Positions 7,948 to 19,200 of a stretch of DNA of 48,920 nt are shown one piece after another (the first letter of the stretch is position 1; the number at the start of each line of letters is the position of its first letter). Source of the DNA: a virus (taxonomy: Duplodnaviria; Caudoviricetes); IMG/VR virus record IMGVR_UViG_3300020045_005581, positions 1-48,920 of that record. One strand, given 5' to 3'. The translations under genes and the position numbers were made by a program. The notes under the pieces were generated by a model. The model ran no database searches. It saw only the letters and a list, made by a program, of their open reading frames with translations, and was not told the DNA's origin.

Positions 7948-8873
7948 TGAAAAAAATATTACTAACCTACTATCAACTCAATCACGGACTCAACCCAGGG
8001 GGAACAATTGTAACTACTGGGCTAGATACGATTATAGAGAAAGCAAGTGAATTTCCGAATGTTCCTTTTATGGTTAATGTCGGTCTAATGGGTTACGGAG
8101 GTGTAAATCCTGACGAATACCCTAATACTCCAATGGATTTCGGAACAACAGAACAGCAAGGGATTATCAGACAAGCAATCTTAGACATGCAAGCAGTCGG
8201 ATGTGAGGTAGTAGCGTATATTTTTTCTGGAGTGTTAGGTAGAACGATTGAAAATATGCGTTCAGACATTGACTCTATAATCGAACTTTACCCAACTATA
8301 AACGGATTTTTTATAGATAATTATGGAGATAATGGAGGAACAGAAAAGGTCAATTTATATTGCCAGTACATAAACGAAAAAATAGACAATGCTATTATTC
8401 TAGCCAATAGTCACCCAGTATTTCAGAGCGGTGGTTGGACAGGAAGTTATCCTAACTGGCCAACTCATCATATAGCGATTGAAGGCTCGACTCCTCCGTC
8501 TGTAGAAACTCTAGCTACTGTTGACAGCCTAGGCAGATGTCCAACTGATAACATTGGAGTATTACCTTATATGTCTAGTATCGAAAACCTACCACAAGAA
8601 TACCTAGAGGGAGCAGTGGAGCATATAGGACTATTCGGATATTATGGCGCGCCTTTTGACGGATATTACATTAACGGAGATTTAATTGACCATGTAGCGA
8701 CATTCTTAGCCACAGTAAATCCACCCATAGCAGAACAACCATCATCAATAACAATCAGAGGCTCGTCAGACATACCCATAGAAACCAACCCAGACGGAAT
8801 TGCTTTCCTTTATAGCTCGGCAGGAACAGCAAGATTAAATCCCACAGAGCAAATAGAAATTAAATATAATTAA
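7947..8873 (+). CDS. Spherulin-4/GH135-like glycoside hydrolase domain protein
   Basis: FPNVPFMVNV...QAILDMQAVGCEVVAYI...RTIENMRSDID...YPTINGFFIDN follows the spherulin-4 TIM-barrel pattern. Confidence 0.6.
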   Translation: MKKILLTYYQLNHGLNPGGTIVTTGLDTIIEKASEFPNVPFMVNVGLMGYGGVNPDEYPNTPMDFGTTEQQGIIRQAILDMQAVGCEVVAYIFSGVLGRTIENMRSDIDSIIELYPTINGFFIDNYGDNGGTEKVNLYCQYINEKIDNAIILANSHPVFQSGGWTGSYPNWPTHHIAIEGSTPPSVETLATVDSLGRCPTDNIGVLPYMSSIENLPQEYLEGAVEHIGLFGYYGAPFDGYYINGDLIDHVATFLATVNPPIAEQPSSITIRGSSDIPIETNPDGIAFLYSSAGTARLNPTEQIEIKYN

Positions 8874-8886
8874 ATAAAAAAAACAG

Positions 8887-9294
8887 ATGGCAACATTTAA
8901 CAAAGTATATAGCTTCGTAGAGAACTTAGCCGAAGGAGCAATCAATCTAGGAGGCACAGGTTTAACAGTCGCATTAACAAACACAGCTCATACTTCAACA
9001 TGGGATGAGTTGGCTGACCTAACACAAGTCGATTATACAAATCTTGGAAGCAGGGTTTTGACAGTTACTTCCTCTGCTCAAACAAGCGGAACTTATAAAT
9101 TAGTTTTAGCTGACGCTACTATTTCTGCTACAGGCGCAGTCGGGCCTTTCAGATATATTTATATCTATGATGACGCTTCAACAGGTGATAAGTTAATCGG
9201 ATATTTCGATAATGGTTCTTCTGTTACTCTAGCTGACGGAGGTAGTATTGCTATTGACTTTGATGGTTCTAACGGAGCTATCACCATAGTATAG
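8887..9294 (+). CDS. Putative virion structural protein
   Basis: Conserved-looking phage protein (GPFRYIYIYDD...DKLIGYFD.GSSVTL). Confidence 0.6.
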   Translation: MATFNKVYSFVENLAEGAINLGGTGLTVALTNTAHTSTWDELADLTQVDYTNLGSRVLTVTSSAQTSGTYKLVLADATISATGAVGPFRYIYIYDDASTGDKLIGYFDNGSSVTLADGGSIAIDFDGSNGAITIV

Positions 9295-9321
9295 ATACGA
9301 AAAATAAATTAAATTAAAAAT

Positions 9322-9699
9322 ATGCAAACAAAGCCAACGCTTATCACAGCACTAGACGCTGTAACAGCTACAACTACATCAGGAGCTATTAATATAGAAG
9401 GAGCAAAAAAAGTTACCTTTCTATTTACTAGAGCAGATAATGCAGGTGGATCTTCTACATTCACAGTAACTGGTTCATTAGATGGAACAACATTTGTTGC
9501 TCTTAATAAGTTAATCACAAACGCAGCTGCAACAAACGCCCAAACCCAAGCTAAAGCCGCTAATGTAGCAATCTCAGCAGCTGATGGATCAACATTAGCT
9601 TCACTTGACTTAGAACACGACAATTACAAGGAAATTAAAGTAACAGTTACAGAAGTAGCTGACGGAACACACACAGCTAAAGTATTAATTCAACGCTAA
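9322..9699 (+). CDS. Putative virion structural protein
   Basis: Ala/Thr-rich beta protein with an SLDGTTF motif. Confidence 0.6.
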   Translation: MQTKPTLITALDAVTATTTSGAINIEGAKKVTFLFTRADNAGGSSTFTVTGSLDGTTFVALNKLITNAAATNAQTQAKAANVAISAADGSTLASLDLEHDNYKEIKVTVTEVADGTHTAKVLIQR

Positions 9700-10397
9700 T
9701 GAACGTATTAGACATAATTACAGAAACTAGATTTCTCACTAAAACTTCTACATCTACTTATTCAGATGCTGATATTTTACGTGAAGCCAATGTAGCTTAT
9801 AGAAAAGCTATAATGGAAATTCTAAAAGTTCAAGGGTATCGTAATATCCTAGAAACTCACGCCTATACAGATCTTATTTCTACTTCAGGACTTGTAGAAG
9901 GTAATAATGGGTATGGTGGTGAGTATGCCTTTCCATCTGACTTAATTATGCCTAAAAGGATAGAGATTAGTTATGATGGATCGACTTATCGCCCAGCTGA
10001 AATTATCACAGTTAATTCAATTGAAACAAGTGCTACTGATGAAGATGATCTTGAATTATTTAACAAGCAAAGTCCTTCTGTTAAAATAGGTCACAACTCG
10101 TACTTCCTTTATCCGCCTAAAACCACCACCGGAGATATTACAGATGGTATTCATATCTGGTATGACATGAGACAAACTGATTTAGTTGAAGATACAGATG
10201 AACCTCAGTTTGAAACTAACCTGCATGACGTTATTCCACTTATGGTTGCTAAGAGATTTTTCATGAGAAACCCGGATAAAACTAACACGATTGTAATGAG
10301 CGAATTAAAAGATACTATGGATGCGTTACGATCTCATTATCGTATTCAAATCAATGAGAAAAAAGGAGTAAAAAGTAAAAAAATAAATTTCAAATAA
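9699..10397 (+). CDS. Head-tail adaptor (podoviral gatekeeper-like)
   Basis: EYAFPSD...LYPPK...IWY...DEPQFETNLHDVI pattern plus its size and position. Confidence 0.65.
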   Translation: MNVLDIITETRFLTKTSTSTYSDADILREANVAYRKAIMEILKVQGYRNILETHAYTDLISTSGLVEGNNGYGGEYAFPSDLIMPKRIEISYDGSTYRPAEIITVNSIETSATDEDDLELFNKQSPSVKIGHNSYFLYPPKTTTGDITDGIHIWYDMRQTDLVEDTDEPQFETNLHDVIPLMVAKRFFMRNPDKTNTIVMSELKDTMDALRSHYRIQINEKKGVKSKKINFK

Positions 10398-10847
10398 ATG
10401 AACGATTCAATCAAACTAAGAGGTGAAATTGAAATTACTTTAAATGGAAAAGTAGTTCAAAAAATCACAAATCTAATTACAACAGCAGGAAAAGCTGGAT
10501 TAGCTTCAAGACTAAATGGTAATGGAGCAGAAGCTGCCTTTACTTATCTAGCAGTTGGTACAGGAACAAACGCCGCTGCCGCTGGGGATACAACTCTTCA
10601 AACAGAAATAACAGATTCAGGTCTTGCTAGAGCTGCTGCGACAGTATCAAGAGTAACAACAACAACCACAAATGATACAGCTCGATTAGCTTACACTTGG
10701 ACAGCTACCGGAACAAAGGCTATTACTGAAGTAGGAGCTTTAAATGCTGCTGCCGCTGGAACACTTTTAGGAAGAAGAGTTTTTTCAGCTGTTAATGTAG
10801 TAAACACAGATACCTTTGGAATAACTTATAATTTCGTTATTAGCTAA
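10398..10847 (+). CDS. Tail/fibre-associated structural protein
   Basis: NLITTAG...YLAVGTG...DTTLQTE...ITEVGAL motifs resembling tail-fibre anchor domains. Confidence 0.65.
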   Translation: MNDSIKLRGEIEITLNGKVVQKITNLITTAGKAGLASRLNGNGAEAAFTYLAVGTGTNAAAAGDTTLQTEITDSGLARAAATVSRVTTTTTNDTARLAYTWTATGTKAITEVGALNAAAAGTLLGRRVFSAVNVVNTDTFGITYNFVIS

Positions 10848-11671
10848 TGACAGCCTTCTCACAAACTTTTACAGAGAATGTGGGTTGTGATGAGAATTAT
10901 ACTTGGAGAAATTCACAACTTACATGGAGTAGTTACACCTTTACATGGAATGATTGGAATGGGTTATTCAGAGTGAGTACTGGGAAGAGTTTATCTGAAA
11001 CAGTTACTACCACAGAATCCTTGGTAAATTCAACATCAAAATCTTTATCAGAAACACTTACGACTACTGAAGGTTTATTAAAAGCAACTGTAAAAATATT
11101 AGGAGAAACAGTTACTAATACAGAAGTTATTGTTCTTAGTACACTAAAAACCTTAGACGAAACAGTCACAACAACAGAATCTCTTGTTAAAAGTATGGCA
11201 ATTACAATATCAGAGTATATTACATTAACAGAAGACTACATTAAATCAATTGCTAAAAGTTTAACAGAAACATTTACTGAAACAGAATCATTTATTAGAG
11301 AGTTTGCAAAAAGCCTAACAGAAACTTTTGTAGTGGACGAAGTTTTTAGTAAGGGTACAGCATGTGTTATTACAGAATCTATTTCAGTTGCTGATAGAGA
11401 AAAAAGATATTGGAAAGGGATAAGGCAAATTTGGGATAAAGTGATAAAATCTTGCCCGGGATATGACCATTGGAGTGATCTTACATTTACTTGGGATGAA
11501 TGGACACAGAGGTGGGATGGTGTTTCTGTATTTACTAAACCAACCACTATTTATAGCAAAATTGTGAAAACAATAACTAACTATACTAAAATTAACAAAC
11601 CATCATCAACCTATACTAAGATTAATAAACCATCAACAATTTATACTAAAATAATTAAACCAAACGATTAA
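10847..11671 (+). CDS. Repetitive fibre-like structural protein
   Basis: ~19-aa KSLSETxTTTE repeats, Trp-rich ends, and 10-aa YTKINKP repeats. Confidence 0.6.
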   Translation: MTAFSQTFTENVGCDENYTWRNSQLTWSSYTFTWNDWNGLFRVSTGKSLSETVTTTESLVNSTSKSLSETLTTTEGLLKATVKILGETVTNTEVIVLSTLKTLDETVTTTESLVKSMAITISEYITLTEDYIKSIAKSLTETFTETESFIREFAKSLTETFVVDEVFSKGTACVITESISVADREKRYWKGIRQIWDKVIKSCPGYDHWSDLTFTWDEWTQRWDGVSVFTKPTTIYSKIVKTITNYTKINKPSSTYTKINKPSTIYTKIIKPND

Positions 11672-11676
11672 ACCAA

Positions 11677-12447
11677 ATGAGAGTAAACATTGAAGCCACA
11701 GATCAGCCTTCAGTTAGTAGGACTGATATAAATAATAATTTTATTGAGCTTTATGGAAAAACTGATAAAATAACTAACGCATCTTCTGCTGCTCCAGCTT
11801 CAATCGACCTTGCAGAAGATACAGACAACGGAACAAATAAAATAACAGTCACAGCTCCTTCTGCTATTGCTTCGGATAAAGTTTTGACTCTTCCAGATGC
11901 AACCGATACTTTAGTGGGTAAAGATACAAATGATACTTTAACAAATAAAACTCTTACAAGTCCTACTATAAATACCCCAACACTTATATTAGCAAATACT
12001 ACACCAACAGCAGACGGAAGCGTAGGGTTTGATAGAACAAACGAAAATTTAGTAATTGGAGATGGAGCAGTAGGACAGTTGGTACATATGGGAGCATGGA
12101 TTGCATATACACCAACCATAACATCAGGATCAGGAACACTAACAACAACATCATCATCTGGAGCGTATTCATTAATTGGTAAAACATGTATTTTTAGGGC
12201 ATTAGCAGTTATATCTAATAATGGTACTGGAGGAACAAGTATTATTTTTTCACTTCCATTTACATCTGTAAATATATCAAGTACAGGTTATATTGTTAGT
12301 GGTAGAGAAAATGGCGTGAGTGGTAAAATGATTCAAGGAATTATTGCATTAAATGCTAGTACCTGCACTACTTTTACTTATGATAATTTATATCCAGGTT
12401 CTAATGGAGCTAATATTTATATAACAGGAGCATACCAAATTGCATAG
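11677..12447 (+). CDS. Tail fibre protein
   Basis: TDTLTNKTLTSPTINTP-type fibre motif and a C-terminal WIAYTPT...LPF...ITGAYQI receptor-binding-like domain. Confidence 0.7.
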   Translation: MRVNIEATDQPSVSRTDINNNFIELYGKTDKITNASSAAPASIDLAEDTDNGTNKITVTAPSAIASDKVLTLPDATDTLVGKDTNDTLTNKTLTSPTINTPTLILANTTPTADGSVGFDRTNENLVIGDGAVGQLVHMGAWIAYTPTITSGSGTLTTTSSSGAYSLIGKTCIFRALAVISNNGTGGTSIIFSLPFTSVNISSTGYIVSGRENGVSGKMIQGIIALNASTCTTFTYDNLYPGSNGANIYITGAYQIA

Positions 12448-12497
12448 AAATTAATTTATGAAACTAATTACACCCGTTTATCTATAAACTTAACAAA

Positions 12498-13805
12498 ATG
12501 GCATCACATTCAAATTTCCAATCTGGAATAGCACTATCTAAAAAAGTACAAAATAGCCTTATTGATATTGTAGGGGATATTCATGATGAAATAGGAAGCT
12601 TTAAGTGTCAAAAACTTTTAGCAAAAGAATCTGGATCTACAATCACAGCCAAATGTTTTTCAGCTGTTGTGCCTAATGGAGATACTTATTATTTTTCTAA
12701 AACTTCTGCCTCCATATTCAAAAGAACTCAATCAGGGACATGGTCTTCAGTGAGGAGTAATGGAGCAGCTGACGCTTCTACTGGACACACCTCTTGCTTA
12801 TATTACAACGGAAAACTTTACTACACTACACTTACAAAGCTAGGAAGATTTGACCTTGCTTCAACTTGGACGGATTCATACCAAACGCTTACTTCCGGGA
12901 ATCATCCAATGGAACAGTTTGACCTTATTCTCTATATCGCTAATGGAAAAGACATAGCTCAGGTAGATGACGCAGATGTGTTTTCTTCTTCCGGGCTTGA
13001 TCTTCCGGTTCAATTTCAATCAATGGCACTCAAGTCTTATGGAGATGACCTTTTAATCGGATCTAAGGCCGGAGATTATATCACTGATTCAAAGATATGG
13101 AGATGGAATACTTATTCACCTTCTTGGTCGCTATCAGACCCTATTAAAGAAGTAGGGATTCATACCTTTATAGATGCTGATAATTACCTTTTTATCTTAG
13201 CCGGAACAGTTGGCAACATCTATTTATTCGGAGGATCTCAAATGGATATTTGGAAACAAATTCCTAATTTTGATTCGACTACAGTAAACCATCAAATGTC
13301 TGCTAACTATAAAGGGAGAGCTTTAATTGCTAATGGCTCGAGAATCTATTCGATTCATCGAAAATCAAGAGACTTAGACTTTGCTTTAGTATGTGAGTAT
13401 GAATGTTCACAAGGGTCTACCGCTAAGATTGAATCAATCGTAGTTTCAGGAGATGACCTTTTAGTAGCTTGGAGTTTAGATGCTACTTATGGAGTTGATA
13501 ACGTCACTACAGATTATGCTACCGCAGTTCTTGAGACAACTATGTTTAATCGAGAAGATACAATTCAAGTTCCTTATGACGAGTTGCCAAGCGGAACTTC
13601 AATTGCGATTGCGGTTAAACAAGACGGAGAAACTTCTTACACCGACTTAACAGTAGAAGTAGATAGTGAAGATCGTAGAGTTGTTAAACTAAAAGATGAT
13701 ATGGTTATTAAAAGAAATGCTCAGGCTCGCATCACTCTCACACCTAATGGAACATCCACCCCAGTAATAGACTCAGTAGATATTTATTCAATAAAACCAC
13801 GATAA
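12498..13805 (+). CDS. Tail nozzle/tubular protein (beta-propeller-like)
   Basis: 435-aa all-beta pattern; podoviral position. Confidence 0.55.
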   Translation: MASHSNFQSGIALSKKVQNSLIDIVGDIHDEIGSFKCQKLLAKESGSTITAKCFSAVVPNGDTYYFSKTSASIFKRTQSGTWSSVRSNGAADASTGHTSCLYYNGKLYYTTLTKLGRFDLASTWTDSYQTLTSGNHPMEQFDLILYIANGKDIAQVDDADVFSSSGLDLPVQFQSMALKSYGDDLLIGSKAGDYITDSKIWRWNTYSPSWSLSDPIKEVGIHTFIDADNYLFILAGTVGNIYLFGGSQMDIWKQIPNFDSTTVNHQMSANYKGRALIANGSRIYSIHRKSRDLDFALVCEYECSQGSTAKIESIVVSGDDLLVAWSLDATYGVDNVTTDYATAVLETTMFNREDTIQVPYDELPSGTSIAIAVKQDGETSYTDLTVEVDSEDRRVVKLKDDMVIKRNAQARITLTPNGTSTPVIDSVDIYSIKPR

Positions 13806-13999
13806 TGGCAGAAGTAACTATAGAAACAAAACCACTACCGGAATACAATTCAGAGTATAAAGGTAAAACAGATTTAGATGGATTGCGTAGTTTAGTTTTC
13901 GCTGATGGTAAGTTAAGAATAGAAAACGGAGCTTTAATTATAACAGATGAAACAGGAGTAGACAGGGTATTAATTGGATTTTATAAAAATTTATTCTAA
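13805..13999 (+). CDS. Small tail protein
   Basis: IIITDETGVDRVLIG-type motif; translationally coupled. Confidence 0.55.
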   Translation: MAEVTIETKPLPEYNSEYKGKTDLDGLRSLVFADGKLRIENGALIITDETGVDRVLIGFYKNLF

Positions 14000-14775
14000 T
14001 GGATCTAGGAGCAGCAGTCAGTCAAAAAGGATATGATGTGAAAAACTCAGCCGATAGACTGAAGGTGTTTTCTTCTTCTTTTCAGACTTTAAAAATCCAT
14101 AGTGTTCATTCAGTTTCTACGACAGTTCCTAATTATGGAGATCCTAATAACGTAATAACTATCAATCATAATCTAGGTTATATAGCACCATTCATTGTAA
14201 TTTACAATGGAAACTCAAGAGAAGGCGTTGGAACAAGTTATTTTTTCTCGGACAGTGATGGAGCTTCAATGACTCAAGATTACTATGATAATTGTCGCAA
14301 TTACGCTAATAGCTTTACTTTATCAGTCTATGATTACTGGGATATAGTCAGGGTTTTACCGGGAGATACAGTCTACTTTACAGTTTATTTTTTCGTAGAT
14401 GACTTTAGAACAGTAGCTGAGGACAATATTACTTCAACGATTGATACCTTAAATGAAGGAGAAGACTATGGATTTAGAGTAAGTAAACCAACATTCGATG
14501 TAAAGACTTGTGAAGAAAAAGATTGTGTTTTATCAAGTTCAATATTTACTCAGATAGTTCATAAGAAAGGAATATTACCGATAACAGCAGATGGATTGTT
14601 TACTATCTCTCAGAACCTAACCTACTTTCCGGCATCACTTTGTTTTTATAAGTTCGCAGCTGAGTCAGGAATCAATTATATGCGAATACATATCGACAAT
14701 AACAACTTGACAAACTTTGCAAATAATGGTGATAGTATATATTACATAATTTTTAAGAATCAAATAAGTGCCTGA
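13999..14775 (+). CDS. Tail-associated protein with two DxGxxxSxxGxDV modules
   Basis: DLGAAVSQKGYDVK and DYGFRVSKPTFDVK modules plus HNLGYI. Confidence 0.6.
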   Translation: MDLGAAVSQKGYDVKNSADRLKVFSSSFQTLKIHSVHSVSTTVPNYGDPNNVITINHNLGYIAPFIVIYNGNSREGVGTSYFFSDSDGASMTQDYYDNCRNYANSFTLSVYDYWDIVRVLPGDTVYFTVYFFVDDFRTVAEDNITSTIDTLNEGEDYGFRVSKPTFDVKTCEEKDCVLSSSIFTQIVHKKGILPITADGLFTISQNLTYFPASLCFYKFAAESGINYMRIHIDNNNLTNFANNGDSIYYIIFKNQISA

Positions 14776-15151
14776 TTTTGGAATACGAATATCAACAGAA
14801 GGGAATGATGTTAAAACTTGTAGCGATTTAGAAACTATAGTTAATTCAAAGTATGCTTTGTTAAAAGGAAAGATCTCTGGATCTGGAACTATTTCTAACA
14901 ACGGAAATGAAATCACAACTACAACTATAGCACACAATCTTGGTTACATTCCTATTGCTCAGGTATTCATAAAATTTAGTGATGAAGCGTTTTGGTCGGA
15001 GTCACCAGTATATCAAGCATCGGTCGCCTTTATTACTTGTAATCATTATTGTAACTCAACTAACCTTATTATTAAAACTGAGCAAGCTGGAGAACCAGCC
15101 AGAACATTCTCTTATAAATATTTCATCTACCTAGATAAAGGTAAACTATAA
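14768..15151 (+). CDS. Tail-associated protein, paralogous module to the upstream gene
   Basis: DFGIRISTEGNDVKTC...HNLGYIP. Confidence 0.6.
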   Translation: MPDFGIRISTEGNDVKTCSDLETIVNSKYALLKGKISGSGTISNNGNEITTTTIAHNLGYIPIAQVFIKFSDEAFWSESPVYQASVAFITCNHYCNSTNLIIKTEQAGEPARTFSYKYFIYLDKGKL

Positions 15152-15156
15152 AAAAA

Positions 15157-16209
15157 ATGGCAACACAAATTTCATCAGACGCACAATCAATACTTAATGG
15201 AGCTGGGCAAGGAGCTGTGGATTATGCTACAGCTAATGCCGCTGGTTCAAAACTAACTTCAGGAGAAGCTAGACAACTTTTAGCTCAATATCAAGCTGAC
15301 CCTAATAATGTCTTATCGGCTCAAAACATTACCAGTGCTACTACAGCACCTGTAGTGAGGCCAGATGACCTACTAGGTATTAGAAACCAGATTAATTCAG
15401 AATTAGGAGTAGACACTCAAACAACGGAGTCTTTAAAGGCGGCTGAGGCTGCTAGGCAAGCTGAACTAGGGCTACAAGAAAGACTTACCGGACTTAGGGG
15501 AAGGGCTGTTTCCGTATCTAAAATAACCGGAACTCAAGCTCAAGAAAGAGAAGTTTCATCTAATGAAATTGCTAACTTACAAGAAGCTTCTAGGGCTGCT
15601 GCTGCACGATTGGCTGCTACTAAAATGGAAGCTGAGGCACAGTTTGGTATCCGTCAAAGTGAAGTTGAATATAAAAGAAACCTTATTACTCAATATCCCG
15701 GAGCTGGAATTACCTTTGGTGATTCAACTGAATCTATTGGAAAGAAACTAGACAAATATCAGGAGCAGGTGAAGAAAGACGCTTACAAAGACTCATTGAA
15801 AGAAATGGCACTTAAACTTGGAGTTGATACTAAGGGATCTACAAAAGACTTAGAGAAAAGAATTAAAAAGACTAATAAACAAGCATTAGAAGACGCTAAG
15901 GAGGAACATAAGTTAAAGATGGAGGGAATGAGAGCTGATATAGCCAATACTAAGAGTACTATTGCTGAGAGAGGTAATAAATCTGATATATTTAAACCTT
16001 CTGATAATGGACAAGTTATCAGTAAAATAAATCAAGGAATATCAGAGGGATTCACATGGGAACAAATAGCTAACACATTAGCTGCTAAGGGGGTAAATGT
16101 TTCTCCGGGATCACCAGCTGATAATGAACTACGTAGAATACATGGCCTAGAGCCAGTTGGAAACAACTACAATAAATCAGACGGAGATATATCTATGCCT
16201 AATTTTTAA
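15157..16209 (+). CDS. Putative internal virion/ejection protein
   Basis: Ala/Gln-rich helical coiled coil upstream of the large virion protein. Confidence 0.55.
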   Translation: MATQISSDAQSILNGAGQGAVDYATANAAGSKLTSGEARQLLAQYQADPNNVLSAQNITSATTAPVVRPDDLLGIRNQINSELGVDTQTTESLKAAEAARQAELGLQERLTGLRGRAVSVSKITGTQAQEREVSSNEIANLQEASRAAAARLAATKMEAEAQFGIRQSEVEYKRNLITQYPGAGITFGDSTESIGKKLDKYQEQVKKDAYKDSLKEMALKLGVDTKGSTKDLEKRIKKTNKQALEDAKEEHKLKMEGMRADIANTKSTIAERGNKSDIFKPSDNGQVISKINQGISEGFTWEQIANTLAAKGVNVSPGSPADNELRRIHGLEPVGNNYNKSDGDISMPNF

Positions 16210-16218
16210 TACTAAATT

Positions 16219-19200
16219 ATGTCATCATTTAAAGAATTTTCTCAATTAGGTGCATCTGGTAGTTTTGCTTCTTTTGCTAAAGATGTAGAACCGATTGTTT
16301 CTAGGATAACTTCACTACAGGAAGAAAGGAAGAAAAAAAACAAGGAGTTAGAAAAACAATCATTTCCCATTGAAAATGTTAATATAGGAGAAGCTCTTAA
16401 TAGTGGAAGATTAACACTTGGAAAACCAAAAACATTTTTAGATAAATTTAAAGAAGCTCAGGAAAAAACAGCTGATTTTTTTGGATTTGGTGATAGAAGC
16501 GGAGAGGTTCAAAAATTTGAAACACCACAACAATCTGACCTAAGAAAAAGACAAGAAGATATTTCCAATGAAATTAAGGGTATAACATCTTCTAGTATAC
16601 TTGGATTTGGTTTAGACCAAGAAAAAAGCGTAAGATTAAAACAACTACAAGATGAGGATAAGGGGATTAAAGAATTATATAAAGGTCTATCATCACCAGA
16701 ACAAAGACAGAAGCAAGCAGAGTTAGAAAGTGATAGAGCTGGAGCTATTATATCTTCTATGGATGTCGGGGCACCAAACATTTTAAAACAAATTGCCAAA
16801 ACTACAAATAAAAAACTTATTGGATCTCTTATTAAGGGTAGGGTGCCAGATGAGGCTATTGATGGTTTGAAGAGCGTACTAGCAGATGCAAAGAGCGATA
16901 AAGCAGTTAAAAGTATTTTAGATAATTCAAAAAATGCTACACTTGATAATTTAAACTACATAAATGATGTCGTTAAAAAGCAGGGAGAAGCAAAAGAATC
17001 TGGTGACTTAACATTTACAGATAAAATCAAAAAGGTATTTAGAAATGTAAAATCTCAGTTAGTTGATAGTACATCTGTCATAGAAGATACATTATCTAAA
17101 TCACAAAAAGACTTTAATTTTAAAGTTGTCCCAACCAAAGATGTTTCTTATCAAATAGATAGAGTATTATCATCACCAAGGTTGGCTGGGCAATTTATGA
17201 AGGATAATGGGTTAGGAGAAATCATTCAAAAGGTTGATAACATAGATGCCTTTAATCAGTACTTAATTGCTCGTCAAGCAAAAGATGTTGCTAAAAATGG
17301 AATAGAAACAGGTAGAGATTTATTAAAAGATGATGAATTGATCAAGTTTTTAAGTCCAGTTTATGAAAAACAAGCTAAGAAGGTTACTGAATATTCTCAC
17401 AAGTTGTTAGATTATTCAGTTGATTCTGGTTTAATTTCCAAAGAATTATCAAACAAGCTTAAAGAAATATATCCAAACTATGTTCCAATTAATCGTGTCT
17501 TTTCTGAGTTAGAACAAGATGCTACGTTTGGAGGGTCAAGAGCAATGGCATCACTTTCAAATCAAGATATAGTGAAAAAACTTCAAGGATCAACAAGGGA
17601 GATTGAAAATCCGTTGGATTCATTATTGGCAAAAACTAATGATGCCTTTACTCAAGGAGAAAAAAACAAGGCTGCTCAAATGCTTACAAGCTATCACTCA
17701 TTACCGGGCAATCCATTTGGATTAGAGCCACTAAGGACAGCTGAAAATGTTCAAAAAAGAATTGATATATTATCAAAATTAAAAGAAACATTTAAAGAAA
17801 AAAGAAGCTTTATTAGGAATGGAAAAACAGTTAATAAAGAAATTAAGGTAGCTGATAAAAAATTTACTGAGGTCTTTAATTCAAATGAGAATAACTTAGT
17901 TAAAAAGTTAGGTACTAAATTTAGTAAAACTCAAATTGAACTAGAAAAACTAGTTGATCATGCCCAAGCAGTAGCTTCAGATTTTGGCAAGAGTTCTGAT
18001 ATTAATAGTTTACTATCAAAAGTTGATACAAGAGAAAGAAAATTACATAGATTAAATGCAGATTTGTCTTCTGCTATTGCTAAATTTAATGATCAGAAAG
18101 CAAAAAACCTATCTGAAAGATTCCAAACACTTAAAGACATTCAATTAAAAAGAAAGGCTCTTGATGTCTTACTCGATGCAAGAAACGCATCTATTAACAC
18201 ATTAAAAGATGAGCTTTCTGATGTTAAAGATATTACTAAATTAGCAGGAGATCAAACAATCTCTGTTCTTAGGAATGGAATAAATGAAGTATGGAAAACT
18301 ACTCCAGAAATAGCCCAATCTGCAAAATCACTTGGAGTTCAACAAATGAACATACTTGGTAAAATAATGTCTGTTCCAGTAAGGGTTTTAAAACTTGGGA
18401 CAACAGGGGTATCATTGCCATTCGCAGCAGCTAATGTGGTGAAGGATCAATTGTCTAGTTTTATTAATAATAGTAATGCCTTAAAAACAACAATTGCTCA
18501 ACCACAGTCTTATGTTAAGGCTTTATTTAATGCTGTTAAACATGGTGAACTTTATGATGACCTTGTTAGAAATGCGGCCGGAGGAACTTCATTTGATATT
18601 GCTCGAGATCAAGTTAAAGAAACTGTTGAAAAAATAAGAGCTAATAAAGGTGCTGTAGAAAAAGCAAAGTATTTAGTTAAAAATCCTACTGAAATGTTTA
18701 GAGCAGTGGAAAACGCTTTTTCTCGTACAGAAGAGTTTTCAAGACTACAATCATTTGAGGGTGCCAAACAGGCAGCACTGAGGTCTGGTAGAACATTAGA
18801 AGATGCTAATCTTATAGCCGCTAAAGCTGCTCGGGAAAACTCTGTAAACTTTATGAGAAGAGGAGAATTTGGTACTGTTTTAAATAACTTTATACCATAC
18901 CTAAATGCTTCTATTCAAGGAGCAAGAACTCTTATAAGATCATTTCAGAAAAATCCAACAGCTACGACAGCAAAACTAGCCACTGTTATTTATACGCCAA
19001 TGGCTATTTCAACAGCATGGAACCTAGGTGATGATAAAAGAAGAAAGGCTTATGAGGATATCCAAGATTATGAAAAGGAAAATAACTTTATTATAGTTCC
19101 ACCAAATCCTGAACAAGATGAAAATGGCAAGTGGAATGTTATAAAAATTCCTCTTCCCCCGGGAATTTCAGACTCATCTATGATAGTGAGAAGGGCTATT

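Noticed and set aside
4031-16799. Minus-strand track ORFs within the structural operon
   Set aside because: Antisense shadows of codon-biased plus-strand genes, with no motifs of their own.
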